Positions 9,298-19,729 of a stretch of DNA of 47,149 nucleotides are shown here, piece by piece. Every line of letters begins with the position of its first letter. The stretch's first letter is position 1. A model generated the notes under the pieces. It did no database searches. It was not told where the DNA came from and saw only the letters and a program-made list of their open reading frames with translations. Source of the stretch: Escherichia phage JeanPiccard. Made by a program: the position numbers and the translations under genes. The stretch lies in the sequence record MZ501080, one strand, 5' to 3'.

Positions 9298-9546
9298 ATG
9301 AATAACGTTAAAAACATCATCAAACTTACTGCGGTTCTTGTTGCTTTTTATGCAGTGGTTCAGATTGTTAACCCAACTAGCGAGGCTGATGCCAGCAGCA
9401 AGGTAAATAAATATACTGTTGAATTTGCTAAGGCTGAGAGAGCATGTCAGGAGCTTGTAGGAGGAAAAGTTGACCAAATCATGAAATATGGCAAAGAGGT
9501 TTGTAAGGACTCGGCTGCTAAGATTGCAAAAGAAAACACTAAGTAA
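9298..9546 (+). CDS. small secreted/membrane protein (moron-like)
   Basis: 82 aa; N-terminal hydrophobic signal-like segment IIKLTAVLVAFYAVVQIV; own motif-promoter inside tail module. Confidence 0.5.
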   Translation: MNNVKNIIKLTAVLVAFYAVVQIVNPTSEADASSKVNKYTVEFAKAERACQELVGGKVDQIMKYGKEVCKDSAAKIAKENTK

Positions 9547-9585
9547 TAGAATACATACTCACAAACAATAAGAGGATTAACTAAG

Positions 9586-9900
9586 ATGGCAAAGTTCAAA
9601 CTTTCACTGGCGGCACTGCCAGACTTCAAGCTACCAGTAAAATTCAAACTGGCTAACGACCAGGATGTAGAGGTTATTTTTACAGTTAAGCACAAGAAGA
9701 CCTCTGAGCTTCAGGAGTTACTACAGAAAGAAGACCTGAGTACTAAAGAATTGATTATGGCAATCGCCTCTGATTGGGACTTGGAAGAGGAATACAACGA
9801 AGATAACGTCAATGAGTTCTCCGACCTGTTCCCTGCTTCAACTGTAGCGCTAACTACCGCTTACATGCAGGCGCTTGCTGGTCAGCGAGTAAAAAACTAA
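9586..9900 (+). CDS. tail assembly chaperone (lambda G-like)
   Basis: 104 aa acidic protein before tape measure; ends at slippery A AAA AAC. Confidence 0.7.
   Translation: MAKFKLSLAALPDFKLPVKFKLANDQDVEVIFTVKHKKTSELQELLQKEDLSTKELIMAIASDWDLEEEYNEDNVNEFSDLFPASTVALTTAYMQALAGQRVKN
9891..9897 (+). other. programmed -1 ribosomal frameshift slippery heptamer A_AAA_AAC
   Basis: last two sense codons of G-like ORF; the -1 frame is open from here through 10208. Confidence 0.6.
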
Positions 9901-9908
9901 AACGAGCG

Positions 9909-10208
9909 GTGTATCTTCAGTACCAGTCAGAGCCAACAGATGCCGAACTGGAAGCTATTGGGATGCGCCGCTCTGATTACGAAGGTGAAGAGCCTGAAGT
10001 TTTACACTTCGATGACAACATGATGAAGGCGTGGGACATTTATTGTTCAATGGCTACACAGTGGCGAGTCGGAGTTAACGGAGCTACAGGACTTGATTAC
10101 AACGTGCTAAATTTCCTCTTTAGAGTGTATAATGTTTCTGAAGAAGAATTGGTGCTCAGCGATTTACGCATCCTTGAAGCTAAGGCTCTTGAGATGATGA
10201 AAACCTGA
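9909..10208 (+). CDS. tail assembly chaperone frameshift extension (lambda GT-like); expressed as a 9586..10208 fusion
   Basis: ORF in -1 frame relative to G-like gene with no independent ATG or RBS (first codon GTG); classic G/GT arrangement. Confidence 0.65.
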   Translation: MYLQYQSEPTDAELEAIGMRRSDYEGEEPEVLHFDDNMMKAWDIYCSMATQWRVGVNGATGLDYNVLNFLFRVYNVSEEELVLSDLRILEAKALEMMKT

Positions 10209-10218
10209 GAAAAAAAAT

Positions 10219-10241
10219 AACCCGCTTCGGCGGGTTTTCTA
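10219..10241 (+). terminator. rho-independent terminator
   Basis: hairpin AACCCGCttcgGCGGGTT followed by TTTCT; A-run upstream. Confidence 0.6.
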
Positions 10242-10255
10242 TTATGGAGGCTTAG

Positions 10256-13231
10256 ATGGCAACAAATGAATTAGCCGGAATCACGCTAGCCGTAGACGTA
10301 TCGCAGGTAGATAGGGGAACGCAATCCCTACAGAAGTTCAGGCAGGCTAACCAACAGGCCGCTTCCGGGATTAGTGAATTCATAAACGCTGAGCAGGTTG
10401 CTAAAAACCAGGCGAGAGATACAGCTCGCGCACTTGCTGAGCAACAGGCATCACTGGCTAAGCTGCAAACTGCGATTGATCCAACTGCGGCAAAGTTCCG
10501 TAAGCTGCAAGAGGCGGCCGTAGGTCTTGATAAGGCGTTCGCTGCTGGCGTAGTTCCTGATGAGGAATTTTTCCGATTAGGTGAGGCTCTTGAAACGCAG
10601 AATGCAAAACTTGCGCGTTCACGCGCAGCTTTAACCGAGGAGGGGAGGGCGGCGGCTCAAGCGGCAAAGGAGAAAGCGGCAGCAAAAGCAGCAGCGGATA
10701 GATTTATCGCATCACTTGAGCGACAAGCTCAAGCTGCGACGCTGACTCGTGAGGAGTACTTAAAGCTACAGGCTGCACAGCTTGGTGTTAGTTCTCAGGC
10801 TGCGCCTATTATTGACAGAATCGCTGAGGCTTCAGAGCGAGCAAATGTTCAATTAGCAAACCAAAGCAAGGCTTTTCAGAAGTCCGGGCTAAGTGCCGGG
10901 CAATACAAGAACGCCATTAGCCAACTGCCAGCACAGATTACAGATATTGGAACATCACTTGCTGGTGGCATTCCGATTTGGCTTATTGCAATTCAGCAGG
11001 GCGGACAAATTAAGGATGCATTCGGAGGTATTGGTAACACATTTAGATTCGCGCTGGCTGCACTAAACCATTTTAATGTTGCTGTTGGCGTTTTGGGAGG
11101 CGCACTCGTCGCTCTCGGTATTGGCGCGGCTCAGGCTGAAAGTGAATTCAGGGCATTGAACTCTGCCATTGCATTCTCAAACAACTCGACAATCACTTCA
11201 ATCTCGCAAATTAGACAGTTGGTTAGCTCTGTTTCTGACGCTACCGGCGCCACCAGAGGACTGGTAACCAGCATCGCAACAAGCCTTGTTGAGCAAGGAA
11301 ACCTTACGCTAACGCAGATTGATAAGATTACTAAATCAACAGCAAGATGGGCGCAGTTGACAGGTAAGGATGCAAAGGAGATTACTGGTTACTACAACCA
11401 GATTGCAAGCGACCCAATCCAGGGTTTAGTTGACTTGGATAAGCGCTTTAACTTCCTCACACAGGGGCAGCTGACGACAATCGAAAACCTGAGAAAGACA
11501 AAGGGGGAGGTCGAGGCCGTTACCGCCGCGATTGATATTTTCAGCAAGTCGCAGGAAGCCAACCTTAACGACATTGCAGCTCAATTAACTCCACTTGAGT
11601 TAGCATGGAATGACTTCAAGAAGTACATCTCTGATGTCTGGGATGCAATTAGCCGTAGAACACTAGGTGCTTTAAACCTGTTTGTTGACGTAATAGCAGG
11701 AACAATTGAGCAAATCAGGGTCTTCCTTAACCAGGGTGACGTTCTGATTGGTGAATTCGTAATCAGCGCAACTCAGGCATTGCAGAACATACCTGGCCTT
11801 GATGGTGTTGGTGATGATGTTATCAAGGGGCAGCAGAAGATTATCGATGCCGCCAAGAAGCAAAACCTTGAGCTAGAGAAGTCCATCAGGGAGCGAGATG
11901 CCAGAATCAGAGAGGGAGAGCTTGGTTACGTTAATCGCAGAGAGAATCAGAATACCAATGAGCAATCAGGGACCGATGAGGAATTCGCAAAAAGGAAGAA
12001 GGCACTTCAGGATGAGCTTGACGCGATCAAGAAAAACAGGAAAGAGGAAAATGGGAGGGTTAATGAGCAAAGGGATTTAACAATAGGTTATGAATCTGGC
12101 GTTCTGGCACTTCAGGCTCAACTCAAGGTTCTTCAGGAAAATCGGGATATTGGCGCAGTAATAAGCAATGAGCGCAAGCAGTATCTTCAGGAGGAGGCTA
12201 AATTCAGGATCCTTGAGCAGAGGCAGCTTGATGGCTCGATTACCAAAGAGCAAGCGAGACTTATCGTTGAAAAGGACAAAGTTCTTGAGTTGGCCAAGCA
12301 GAAGGCTGAACTAGGTGATCAGATTGTTTTGCAGGAGCGCGCCAATAAGTTAGCTGAAGATAACCGCAAGAAGATTCTTCAGATTAACAATGAGGCAAAT
12401 AACATTGATTTAGGCGCTGGATTGTCATCTCGAGAGCAGCAGAGAGCCAAAGAGATTCAGGCCCTCCAGTCCAATCAGGTTAATGCTGGTGGCGCACTTG
12501 ATGACGTGGATTTTCAGCAACTCCTCGAAGCAAGACGCAACTTTTACGCTCAGGAGGATGCGCTACGTGAAAACTGGCTCGCTGGCGTGAATCAATCCTT
12601 TGCCAATTGGGCTGAGAGCGCTAAGGATGCATTCTCAATTGCTGGAAGTTTAACCACAACAGTCTTTGAGGGCATTACCGACCAGATTACAAACCTTGTA
12701 ACAACTGGCGAGACAAACTTCAGGGAGTTTACTGTAAGCATCCTTAAGCAGATTGCTAAGATTGCGGCTCAGCTTCTTGTTGTCAAGGCAATTGAGTCTA
12801 GCTTAAGTAGCTTCGGTGGCACTGGTGGCGCTATTGGTTCAATTGCCTCAGCTATAGGTTTTGCTGGTGGCGGCTACACTGGTGATGGCGGGAAGTATCA
12901 GCCAGCAGGAACCGTACACCGCGGTGAGTTTGTATTCACAAAAGAAGCAACAAGCCGAATTGGTGTTAAGAACCTTTACGCGCTAATGAAGGGATACGCA
13001 AACGGTGGCGCTGTAGGTGGTCCATCTGGTTATGCTAATGGCGGTTTGGTTTCTGGTGGGTCAGATGTTAATGTTAGTGGCATCACCGTTAACGTTAATG
13101 GTGGCGTTGGTAGCGACCCAGAACAGGCCAAGGCATTGCAGAGTGGCGTTAAGGCTATCGTTGCGGAAGAAATTGCTCAGTCTTTCCAGCAGGGTGGAAA
13201 AGCGTATGCCTACCTGAGGGGCTTTAACTAA
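10256..13231 (+). CDS. tail tape measure protein
   Basis: 991 aa, Ala/Gln/Glu-rich coiled-coil composition, Gly-rich C-terminus; located after G/GT chaperones. Confidence 0.9.
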   Translation: MATNELAGITLAVDVSQVDRGTQSLQKFRQANQQAASGISEFINAEQVAKNQARDTARALAEQQASLAKLQTAIDPTAAKFRKLQEAAVGLDKAFAAGVVPDEEFFRLGEALETQNAKLARSRAALTEEGRAAAQAAKEKAAAKAAADRFIASLERQAQAATLTREEYLKLQAAQLGVSSQAAPIIDRIAEASERANVQLANQSKAFQKSGLSAGQYKNAISQLPAQITDIGTSLAGGIPIWLIAIQQGGQIKDAFGGIGNTFRFALAALNHFNVAVGVLGGALVALGIGAAQAESEFRALNSAIAFSNNSTITSISQIRQLVSSVSDATGATRGLVTSIATSLVEQGNLTLTQIDKITKSTARWAQLTGKDAKEITGYYNQIASDPIQGLVDLDKRFNFLTQGQLTTIENLRKTKGEVEAVTAAIDIFSKSQEANLNDIAAQLTPLELAWNDFKKYISDVWDAISRRTLGALNLFVDVIAGTIEQIRVFLNQGDVLIGEFVISATQALQNIPGLDGVGDDVIKGQQKIIDAAKKQNLELEKSIRERDARIREGELGYVNRRENQNTNEQSGTDEEFAKRKKALQDELDAIKKNRKEENGRVNEQRDLTIGYESGVLALQAQLKVLQENRDIGAVISNERKQYLQEEAKFRILEQRQLDGSITKEQARLIVEKDKVLELAKQKAELGDQIVLQERANKLAEDNRKKILQINNEANNIDLGAGLSSREQQRAKEIQALQSNQVNAGGALDDVDFQQLLEARRNFYAQEDALRENWLAGVNQSFANWAESAKDAFSIAGSLTTTVFEGITDQITNLVTTGETNFREFTVSILKQIAKIAAQLLVVKAIESSLSSFGGTGGAIGSIASAIGFAGGGYTGDGGKYQPAGTVHRGEFVFTKEATSRIGVKNLYALMKGYANGGAVGGPSGYANGGLVSGGSDVNVSGITVNVNGGVGSDPEQAKALQSGVKAIVAEEIAQSFQQGGKAYAYLRGFN

Positions 13232-13249
13232 TAGCACTAAATGGTAAAG
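13232..13249 (+). promoter_or_regulatory. degenerate dyad motif TAGCACtaaaTGGTAAAG (family copy c)
   Basis: motif family member with one half-site altered; followed by TATAAT. Confidence 0.3.
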
Positions 13250-13302
13250 CCAAAAGGATTTGGCTTGCTATAATCAACTCATTAAAACTGTGAGGTGATA
13301 AA

Positions 13303-13779
13303 ATGAACTGGAATGATATTTTCGATTATAGGGATGGTGTTCTTTATTGGAAGATAAGTCCGAGGTCAAGAACCCCAATCGGATCAGTTGCCGGACATTT
13401 ATCAAAGGCTGGCTATATAACAACGTCATACATGAAGAGGGCTCTTCTTGCCCATAGGGTTGTGTGGGAAATGCATAACGGACCAATACCAGAAGGAATG
13501 CAGATAGACCACATAAATCACAACAGAAGTGATAACAGGATTTGCAATTTAAGACTTGCTACTGTTTTTGATAACAATCAAAACATGAGCAGAGGTAAGG
13601 GAAATAGAAGTGGCGTTGTTGGTGTTAGCTGGCATAAGAGCGCAAAAAAGTGGTGCGCTGAGATTCATGCGAATGGCAAAAAGAAATACCTCGGCGTGTT
13701 TGATAGTTTTGATGATGCGGTTCTCGCTAGAAAGAGCGCAGAGTTACATTTTGGTTTTCATGAAAATCACGGAGCATAA
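13303..13779 (+). CDS. HNH homing endonuclease with AP2-like domain (second copy)
   Basis: IDHINHNRSDNRICNLR HNH motif; AP2-like C-terminal part; inserted between tape measure and tail tip genes. Confidence 0.8.
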   Translation: MNWNDIFDYRDGVLYWKISPRSRTPIGSVAGHLSKAGYITTSYMKRALLAHRVVWEMHNGPIPEGMQIDHINHNRSDNRICNLRLATVFDNNQNMSRGKGNRSGVVGVSWHKSAKKWCAEIHANGKKKYLGVFDSFDDAVLARKSAELHFGFHENHGA

Positions 13780-13781
13780 AA

Positions 13782-14132
13782 ATGGCAATAGACAGTTTTA
13801 ACTGGTGCACTCAGATACAAAATGGAGGAGCCGCATTTTCCAACACGAACAATGTGCGAATCGTTAGCTTTGGTAATGGCTACGAGGCTAGAGGAACGGG
13901 AGGCTACCGCAGCAACAAGCGCAGTTACCAGATGACCTACACCAACAAGGACTGGCGGGATGTGATGGATTTCTGCTTCAACCACATCATTACACCGTTC
14001 TTCTGGACTACTCCGCAGGGAGATACATCAATGTTCGTTATCCAGCAAGATAGCATTAGCGTTACACCACTCAGTAAGGAAGTTCAGACTGTGAATATGC
14101 AATTCGTGGAAGTCTTTAGCTCAATGCGTTAA
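13782..14132 (+). CDS. minor tail protein (lambda M-like)
   Basis: 116 aa; first gene of M-L-K-I-J-like block. Confidence 0.7.
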   Translation: MAIDSFNWCTQIQNGGAAFSNTNNVRIVSFGNGYEARGTGGYRSNKRSYQMTYTNKDWRDVMDFCFNHIITPFFWTTPQGDTSMFVIQQDSISVTPLSKEVQTVNMQFVEVFSSMR

Positions 14133-14136
14133 ACTA

Positions 14137-14159
14137 AGCCCCATTAGGGGCTTTTTTTA
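14137..14159 (+). terminator. rho-independent terminator (internal, probably partial)
   Basis: hairpin AGCCCCattaGGGGCT followed by T7. Confidence 0.55.
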
Positions 14160-14171
14160 TTGGAGAAATGT

Positions 14172-14927
14172 ATGTTAAGTCCAAAGTTTGAAAATCAGTT
14201 ACAAAGCCTTTTTCCTGGCGAGATTGTTACTCTAATCCAGGTGGACGGGACCTCGTTTGGTTCTAACGTTTATTCGTTCCACAATGAGAACATTTCATAC
14301 ACGCCAGAAGAAATCATGCTAGCCCAAATGAACGGCGAGCCACTGCCAGAAAAGACAATTACATTTCGTGGTGAAGAGTACGGCCCAAGACCATTTGGAA
14401 TCTCGGGTATCAATATGACCTCTGACGGCAAGGCCAACAAGGTTACGCTAACGGTATCAAACGTAGACCAGAGAATTAGCGCGCTTATCCGCACCTACAA
14501 TGGATTGGTTAAGGCAAAGGTTACTATCTGGATTACTACGCGCGATAACATCAATGAGGATGGAAGCATTGCTGACGGGGACTATCGCAGATTCGTTTAC
14601 TTTATTGAGCGACCGAAGCAGGTTGATTACAAGACGGCATCATTTGAGCTTAGCTCACCTATGGATATGGATGGAATTTACATCCCTGCGAGACTTGTTC
14701 AGTCGGTTTGCTATTGGGCGTCAAGGGGTTGGTATCGTAGCGGTAATGGTTGCGACTATTCAGGCAATAGATACTTCGATAAAGACGACAACCCGGTCAG
14801 CGATCCTTCCTTAGACTTCTGTGCTGGTACTGTTAACAGTTGCAAGATTAGATTCGGCGAGAATAACCAGCTTTCATTTGGTGGATGCGCGGCTGCAAGC
14901 CTGCAAGCCAAAGCGAATCAGAGCTAA
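14172..14927 (+). CDS. minor tail protein (lambda L-like)
   Basis: C-terminal Cys cluster (CYW..C..C..C) as in gpL Fe-S proteins; GGAG RBS before ATG 14172. Confidence 0.75.
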   Translation: MLSPKFENQLQSLFPGEIVTLIQVDGTSFGSNVYSFHNENISYTPEEIMLAQMNGEPLPEKTITFRGEEYGPRPFGISGINMTSDGKANKVTLTVSNVDQRISALIRTYNGLVKAKVTIWITTRDNINEDGSIADGDYRRFVYFIERPKQVDYKTASFELSSPMDMDGIYIPARLVQSVCYWASRGWYRSGNGCDYSGNRYFDKDDNPVSDPSLDFCAGTVNSCKIRFGENNQLSFGGCAAASLQAKANQS

Positions 14928-14937
14928 GGGGAAATAA

Positions 14938-15696
14938 ATGTTAACACCGAAAGTTAAACTGGAAATATTCCAGCACGCAAAAGAAGTTTACCCGCACGAA
15001 TGCTGCGGGGTTGTCACACAGAAGGGGCGGGCGCAGAAATATCACAGAATCACTAACGCCAGCAAAGACCCTGAAAATGAGTTTATCCTTGATTCAAATG
15101 AGTATGGTGAAATTGTTTTCAGTCTGGCTTATAACGAATCAATTGTTTATGTAGTTCACTCTCACACTGGTGACGGAGCGACAACAAGACCGAGCCCCGC
15201 GGATATCTGTAGCTGCAACGAGTGCGAGATTCCTTACGTTATCGTAAGCATCCCAGAGGGAGATATGCGAATTCTTGAGCCATCAACCATGCCGCTGATT
15301 GGTCGCCCCTGGGGTCTTGGTGGCTTCGATTGCTGGGAGCTGGTGATGGCATTTCACAAGAAATACGGCGTCAAACTGAATGACTACCGTGTTAATTACC
15401 CGTGGTGGGAGAAGCGGTACAATGAAAATATCTATGACGACAACTGGGTTAAGGAAGGCTTTGAGCTGTTAAAAACTTCAGATATTCCGATTGGTTCCAT
15501 GATTATGATGCAAGTGCAAAGTGAGGTGACAAACCACGCCGGAATCTACATTGGCAATAACAGATTCATCCACCATCTCTATGGTAAAATGAGCTCTGTT
15601 GATATCTACTCCGATTACTGGCGAGAGCGCACAGTGCGAATCGTTCGCCATAAGGATTTACCAGAGGACGTGATTTATGACCCAGAAACTGATTGA
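14938..15696 (+). CDS. tail tip protein (lambda K-like: JAB/MPN plus NlpC/P60 domains)
   Basis: ECCG..HSHTGDGATTRPSPADI JAB-type motif; C-terminal DCWELV..H..Y NlpC/P60-like segment. Confidence 0.8.
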   Translation: MLTPKVKLEIFQHAKEVYPHECCGVVTQKGRAQKYHRITNASKDPENEFILDSNEYGEIVFSLAYNESIVYVVHSHTGDGATTRPSPADICSCNECEIPYVIVSIPEGDMRILEPSTMPLIGRPWGLGGFDCWELVMAFHKKYGVKLNDYRVNYPWWEKRYNENIYDDNWVKEGFELLKTSDIPIGSMIMMQVQSEVTNHAGIYIGNNRFIHHLYGKMSSVDIYSDYWRERTVRIVRHKDLPEDVIYDPETD

Positions 15697-16249
15697 TATT
15701 AAGTTAGGCCTATCTCTAGGCCGAAAGTTTGGCAAGATTCACCAAATGGCTGTGAGTAGCGTGCCAGAGGCAATGAGAGCACTTTGTTCTCAGATCCCAG
15801 CCTTCAAGGAGTTCATGAATAGCCATGTAGGTCAAAACACAAGGTACGCCGTGTTCGTTGATGGTAAAAATGTGAACGAGCATCGAATCTCTGATTTTAG
15901 CGCCGTTCAGGAGATACGCATCTTACCAATTCCCCAGGGTCGTAAGTCTGGCGGTTTGTTTCAGACAATTTTAGGTGCCGCTCTTATCACGGTTGGCATC
16001 TTTACTGGTCAGATTTATCTTGTTGGCGCTGGTGTGTCTTTAGCTGCTGGTGGTATTGCGCAATTACTTTCACCACAAGCAACAGGATTAAAGACTCAGG
16101 ACAACAAAACAAGCAACAGAGCATCTTACGCATTTGGTTCAGCTGTGAACACGGTGGCTGCTGGTTATCCAATCTGTCTCCCGTATGGCTATAGAACGGT
16201 TGGCGGTTCTGTGTTTAGTGCCGGCAGTTATTCCGAAGACATTGCTTAA
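15677..16249 (+). CDS. tail assembly protein (lambda I-like)
   Basis: 190 aa; Gly/Ala-rich hydrophobic C-terminal half; overlaps K-like gene. Confidence 0.75.
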   Translation: MTQKLIDIKLGLSLGRKFGKIHQMAVSSVPEAMRALCSQIPAFKEFMNSHVGQNTRYAVFVDGKNVNEHRISDFSAVQEIRILPIPQGRKSGGLFQTILGAALITVGIFTGQIYLVGAGVSLAAGGIAQLLSPQATGLKTQDNKTSNRASYAFGSAVNTVAAGYPICLPYGYRTVGGSVFSAGSYSEDIA

Positions 16250-16256
16250 ATATCAT

Positions 16257-16280
16257 ACCCGCCTAGTGCGGGTTTTTTAT
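16257..16280 (+). terminator. rho-independent terminator
   Basis: hairpin CCCGCctagtGCGGG followed by T7. Confidence 0.6.
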
Positions 16281-16329
16281 TTAGTGTAGAATGGCACAAA
16301 TGATCAAAACAAACGTGAGGCTTTGTGAT

Positions 16330-19300
16330 ATGGCTGAAGAGATTAAGATTTATGGTGCTAAAGGCGGTAGCCAGAAGCAGCATCAACCAGTGGAGCAGGA
16401 AGATAACCTTATTTCACTTAACAAGGTTAAGGTATTGCTTGCGGTTGCTGACGGAGAGGTGGATCCAAACTTCTCAATGAAGGATTTATACCTTGCTGAC
16501 GTTCCGGTGCAAAACCAGGATGGTAGCTACAACTACGAAGGTGTTCGCGCTGAGTTCCGTGCTGGCACGCAGTATCAGGACTATATCGCTGGCCTTGATG
16601 GTGCAAACTCAGAGATTCAGGCATCCAGAGAAATCACGAACGATACCCCGTATATCATCGCGGTTAACAATACTCAGCTATCAGCAATTCGAGTTAAGCT
16701 ATTTTGGCCTCGACTAGTTAAGCAAGAAAGTAACGGCGACCTGAACGGTACGACATGTGAGTATGCAATTGACCTATCTGTTAATGGTGGAGTATATCAG
16801 GAATACACTCGCGGAGTTGCTAACGGTAAGACAACTACAGGTTACGACCGCAGCATTCGTGTCAACCTTCCGGCAGAGTTTGATAGCGCACTGGTTCGAA
16901 TCCGTAAGATTACGCCAGACTCAACTAGTAGCACGCTGGTCAACGGAATGCAGATTACAACCTATCAGGAAGTAATCGACGCTAAATTCCGCTATCCGCT
17001 TACCGCCCTGGTTTATGTTGAGTTTGGCTCTGACTTGTTCCCTAACGGAATCCCAACAATTTCTATAAAGAAGCGCTGGAAGTTGATTCAGGTACCGACA
17101 AACTACGACCCGGAGACGAGAACTTACAGCGGGACATGGAATGGACTGTTCAAAATGGCATGGTCAAACAACCCAGCTTGGGTTCTTTATGACTTAGTGA
17201 CAAACCGCCGATATGGTCTTGACCAGCGAGAACTAGGTGTAGAGATTGATAAGTGGGGTCTTTACGAGGCTGCGCAATTCTGCGACCAGATGGTGCCGGA
17301 TGGTAAGGGTGGTTTAGAGCCTCGTTATCTTTGCGATATGGTTGTACAGAACAAGGTTGAGGCCTACACGCTAATTCGTGATATCTGTTCAATCTTCCGT
17401 GGTCTGACTTTCTATGATGGAGAAAAGATTGGCATCGTAGTTGATAAGCCTCGTAATCCATCATACATCTTCACGAATGATAACGTTGTAAACGGATTGT
17501 TCAGCCGCACCTTTGCCAGTGATAAGAGTCTTTACACCACTGCAAACGTTCAGTTTGATGATGTTGAGAACAACTATCAGCAGGATGTTGAGCCAGTTTT
17601 TGAACTCGAGGCTACTCGAAGATTTGGCTTTAACCCTGTTGACCTCACGGCTATTGGCTGTACTCGCAGAAGTGAGGCAAACAGGCGCGGCAGGTGGCTC
17701 CTAAAAACCAACCTGAGAAGCGAAACTATCAGCTTCACTACCGGGTTGGAAGGTATGATTCCGATGGTTGGCGAGGTAATTGCGGTCAATGACGCTGCAT
17801 GGTCGAGCAACTATCAGTTAAACCTTTCTGGTCGCATTGAATCAGTTCAGGGATTGCAGGTTTTCACCCCTTTTAAAGTTGACGCAGCGCCTGGTGACAG
17901 AATTCTTCTGAACAAGCCAGACGGAAGTCCAGAGGCAAGAACTATTGCCAGCGTTTCGGAGGATGGAAGAACAATCAACCTTAACACTGCTTTTAGTTTT
18001 GTAGCTCAACCTGACACTGTTTTCGCAATCGATAAGGATAATATCGCGCTTCAACAGTATGTTGTGACCGGGATTCAAAAAGCAGACTCTGATGGTTCGG
18101 ATTCATTTCAGTATACGATTACAGCAGTAGAGTATGACCCGAACAAGTATGACGAGATTGACTACGGGGTTAACATTGTTGACCGTCCAACTTCAATTGT
18201 GGAACCTGACAGATTGTCGCCGCCCGAGAACTTAACAGTATCAAGCTACAGTAAGGTTGTTCAGGGTTTGTCGGTTGAGACGATGGTTATCGGATGGGAT
18301 AAAGCGCCATACGCTAAAACATACAATGTTCAGTGGAGAAAAGAAAATGGCAACTGGATTAACGTACCCAGAACAGCAAGTACAGAGGTTGATATTGAGG
18401 GCATTTACGCAGGAATCTATGACGTTAGGGTTCGCAGCGTATCAGATACTGAAAACGTATCTGCCTGGTCTGACATTGTAACGGTATCGCTAACTGGCAA
18501 GATTGGTCGCCCATCTGCGCCTACGGTTATCACGGCTTCAACTGATGAGGTATTTGGAATTCGTGTTAAGTGGGGTTTCCCTGAAGGATCCGGTGACACT
18601 GCTTACACTGAACTTCAGCAGGTCGCTGATAATGGTGACGGCACTTACAATCCTGATAACGCAAGTTTGCTTACGTTACTGCCGTACCCAGCATATGAAT
18701 ACTGGCACACGCCAATTCAGCCAGGAAAGGTTATCTGGTATCGCGCTAGATTGATCGACAGAATAGGTAATACCTCTGATTGGTCTGACTTTGCTAGAGG
18801 TATGAGCACTGACGATGCCAACATCATCAACGATTACATCAAAGTTGATATTGAAGGCTCAGAAGGATTCAAATATCTCGAGCAGAATGCGATTCAAAAG
18901 AATCAGGACATTCAGAATCAAGCTGAGGCAATTATCGAGAACGCATTAGCTAATGACACTGATGTTCGTCGCATGACTAAGGAGAACGGAAAACGTAAGG
19001 CTGAATATGTTCAGGCAGTGAATCTCATAGCTGATGAAACTCAGGCGCGTGTGGAGGCTCTCACGGCCCTTAAAGCACAGATAGATGATGAGATTGTTGG
19101 TCAGATTACGACTATTGAAACGGCGCTGGCTACAGAGACTGAAGCTAGAGCTACGGCTGACACTCAGCTATCAGCAAGGATTGGTGATAACGAGGCGGCG
19201 CTAAACCAGAAGCTAGACGCTTTTGCTAACGCTGAGTCAACTGGAGTTCAGTATGGGATTAGTTTGGGCCTTAACTATAATGGTCAGACTTATTCATCCG

Positions 19301-19701
19301 GCATGAGCATGGAGCTAGTTGGTACTGGTGGTAATGTTCGTAGTCAGTTCATCTTTGACGCAAACAGATTCGCTATCAGTAACGGTATTGGTTCTGGTTC
19401 CGGTCAGTGGCAGCTGCCCTTTGTTGTCGAGAACGGAAACGTAATCATCCAGAGCGCAGTAATCGGTGACGGTTCAATCAGTAACGCTAAGATTGGTAAC
19501 TTTATTCAGTCTAACAACTACGTAGCAGGAACTACAGGTTGGAGGATTGATAAGTCTGGAAACGCCGAGATTCACGGAAGGCTGTACGCCAACAGTGGGG
19601 AGTTCGCTTTTAATGGAACAAACAACACAGTACAGATTAACGGTAACGGAATCACAGTAAACTTACCTGGAGGTGGAAGAGTTGTGGTAGGTACGTTCTA
19701 A
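16330..19701 (+). CDS. central tail fiber / host specificity protein (lambda J-like)
   Basis: clear similarity to lambda J by eye (PTNYDPETRTYSGTWNGLFKMAWSNNPAWVLYDLVTNRRYG versus lambda PSNYNPQTRQYSGIWDGTFKPAYSNNMAWCLWDMLTHPRYG); alternative ATG at 16291. Confidence 0.9.
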   Translation: MAEEIKIYGAKGGSQKQHQPVEQEDNLISLNKVKVLLAVADGEVDPNFSMKDLYLADVPVQNQDGSYNYEGVRAEFRAGTQYQDYIAGLDGANSEIQASREITNDTPYIIAVNNTQLSAIRVKLFWPRLVKQESNGDLNGTTCEYAIDLSVNGGVYQEYTRGVANGKTTTGYDRSIRVNLPAEFDSALVRIRKITPDSTSSTLVNGMQITTYQEVIDAKFRYPLTALVYVEFGSDLFPNGIPTISIKKRWKLIQVPTNYDPETRTYSGTWNGLFKMAWSNNPAWVLYDLVTNRRYGLDQRELGVEIDKWGLYEAAQFCDQMVPDGKGGLEPRYLCDMVVQNKVEAYTLIRDICSIFRGLTFYDGEKIGIVVDKPRNPSYIFTNDNVVNGLFSRTFASDKSLYTTANVQFDDVENNYQQDVEPVFELEATRRFGFNPVDLTAIGCTRRSEANRRGRWLLKTNLRSETISFTTGLEGMIPMVGEVIAVNDAAWSSNYQLNLSGRIESVQGLQVFTPFKVDAAPGDRILLNKPDGSPEARTIASVSEDGRTINLNTAFSFVAQPDTVFAIDKDNIALQQYVVTGIQKADSDGSDSFQYTITAVEYDPNKYDEIDYGVNIVDRPTSIVEPDRLSPPENLTVSSYSKVVQGLSVETMVIGWDKAPYAKTYNVQWRKENGNWINVPRTASTEVDIEGIYAGIYDVRVRSVSDTENVSAWSDIVTVSLTGKIGRPSAPTVITASTDEVFGIRVKWGFPEGSGDTAYTELQQVADNGDGTYNPDNASLLTLLPYPAYEYWHTPIQPGKVIWYRARLIDRIGNTSDWSDFARGMSTDDANIINDYIKVDIEGSEGFKYLEQNAIQKNQDIQNQAEAIIENALANDTDVRRMTKENGKRKAEYVQAVNLIADETQARVEALTALKAQIDDEIVGQITTIETALATETEARATADTQLSARIGDNEAALNQKLDAFANAESTGVQYGISLGLNYNGQTYSSGMSMELVGTGGNVRSQFIFDANRFAISNGIGSGSGQWQLPFVVENGNVIIQSAVIGDGSISNAKIGNFIQSNNYVAGTTGWRIDKSGNAEIHGRLYANSGEFAFNGTNNTVQINGNGITVNLPGGGRVVVGTF

Positions 19702-19706
19702 AATAA

Positions 19707-19725
19707 AAGCCCCGAAAGGGGCTTT
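19707..19725. terminator. bidirectional terminator between convergent J and minus-strand operon
   Basis: hairpin AAAGCCCCgaaaGGGGCTTT flanked by A-run and T-run. Confidence 0.6.
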
Positions 19726-19729
19726 GTCT

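Noticed and set aside
10458-10685. Antisense or out-of-frame ORFs inside large genes (e.g. 48..326 -, 250..510 -, 10458..10685 -, 17150..17464 -, 26384..26608 -, 37731..38252 +)
   Set aside because: Each is fully embedded in a longer ORF with recognizable motifs on the other frame or strand, and lacks an RBS; considered shadow ORFs.
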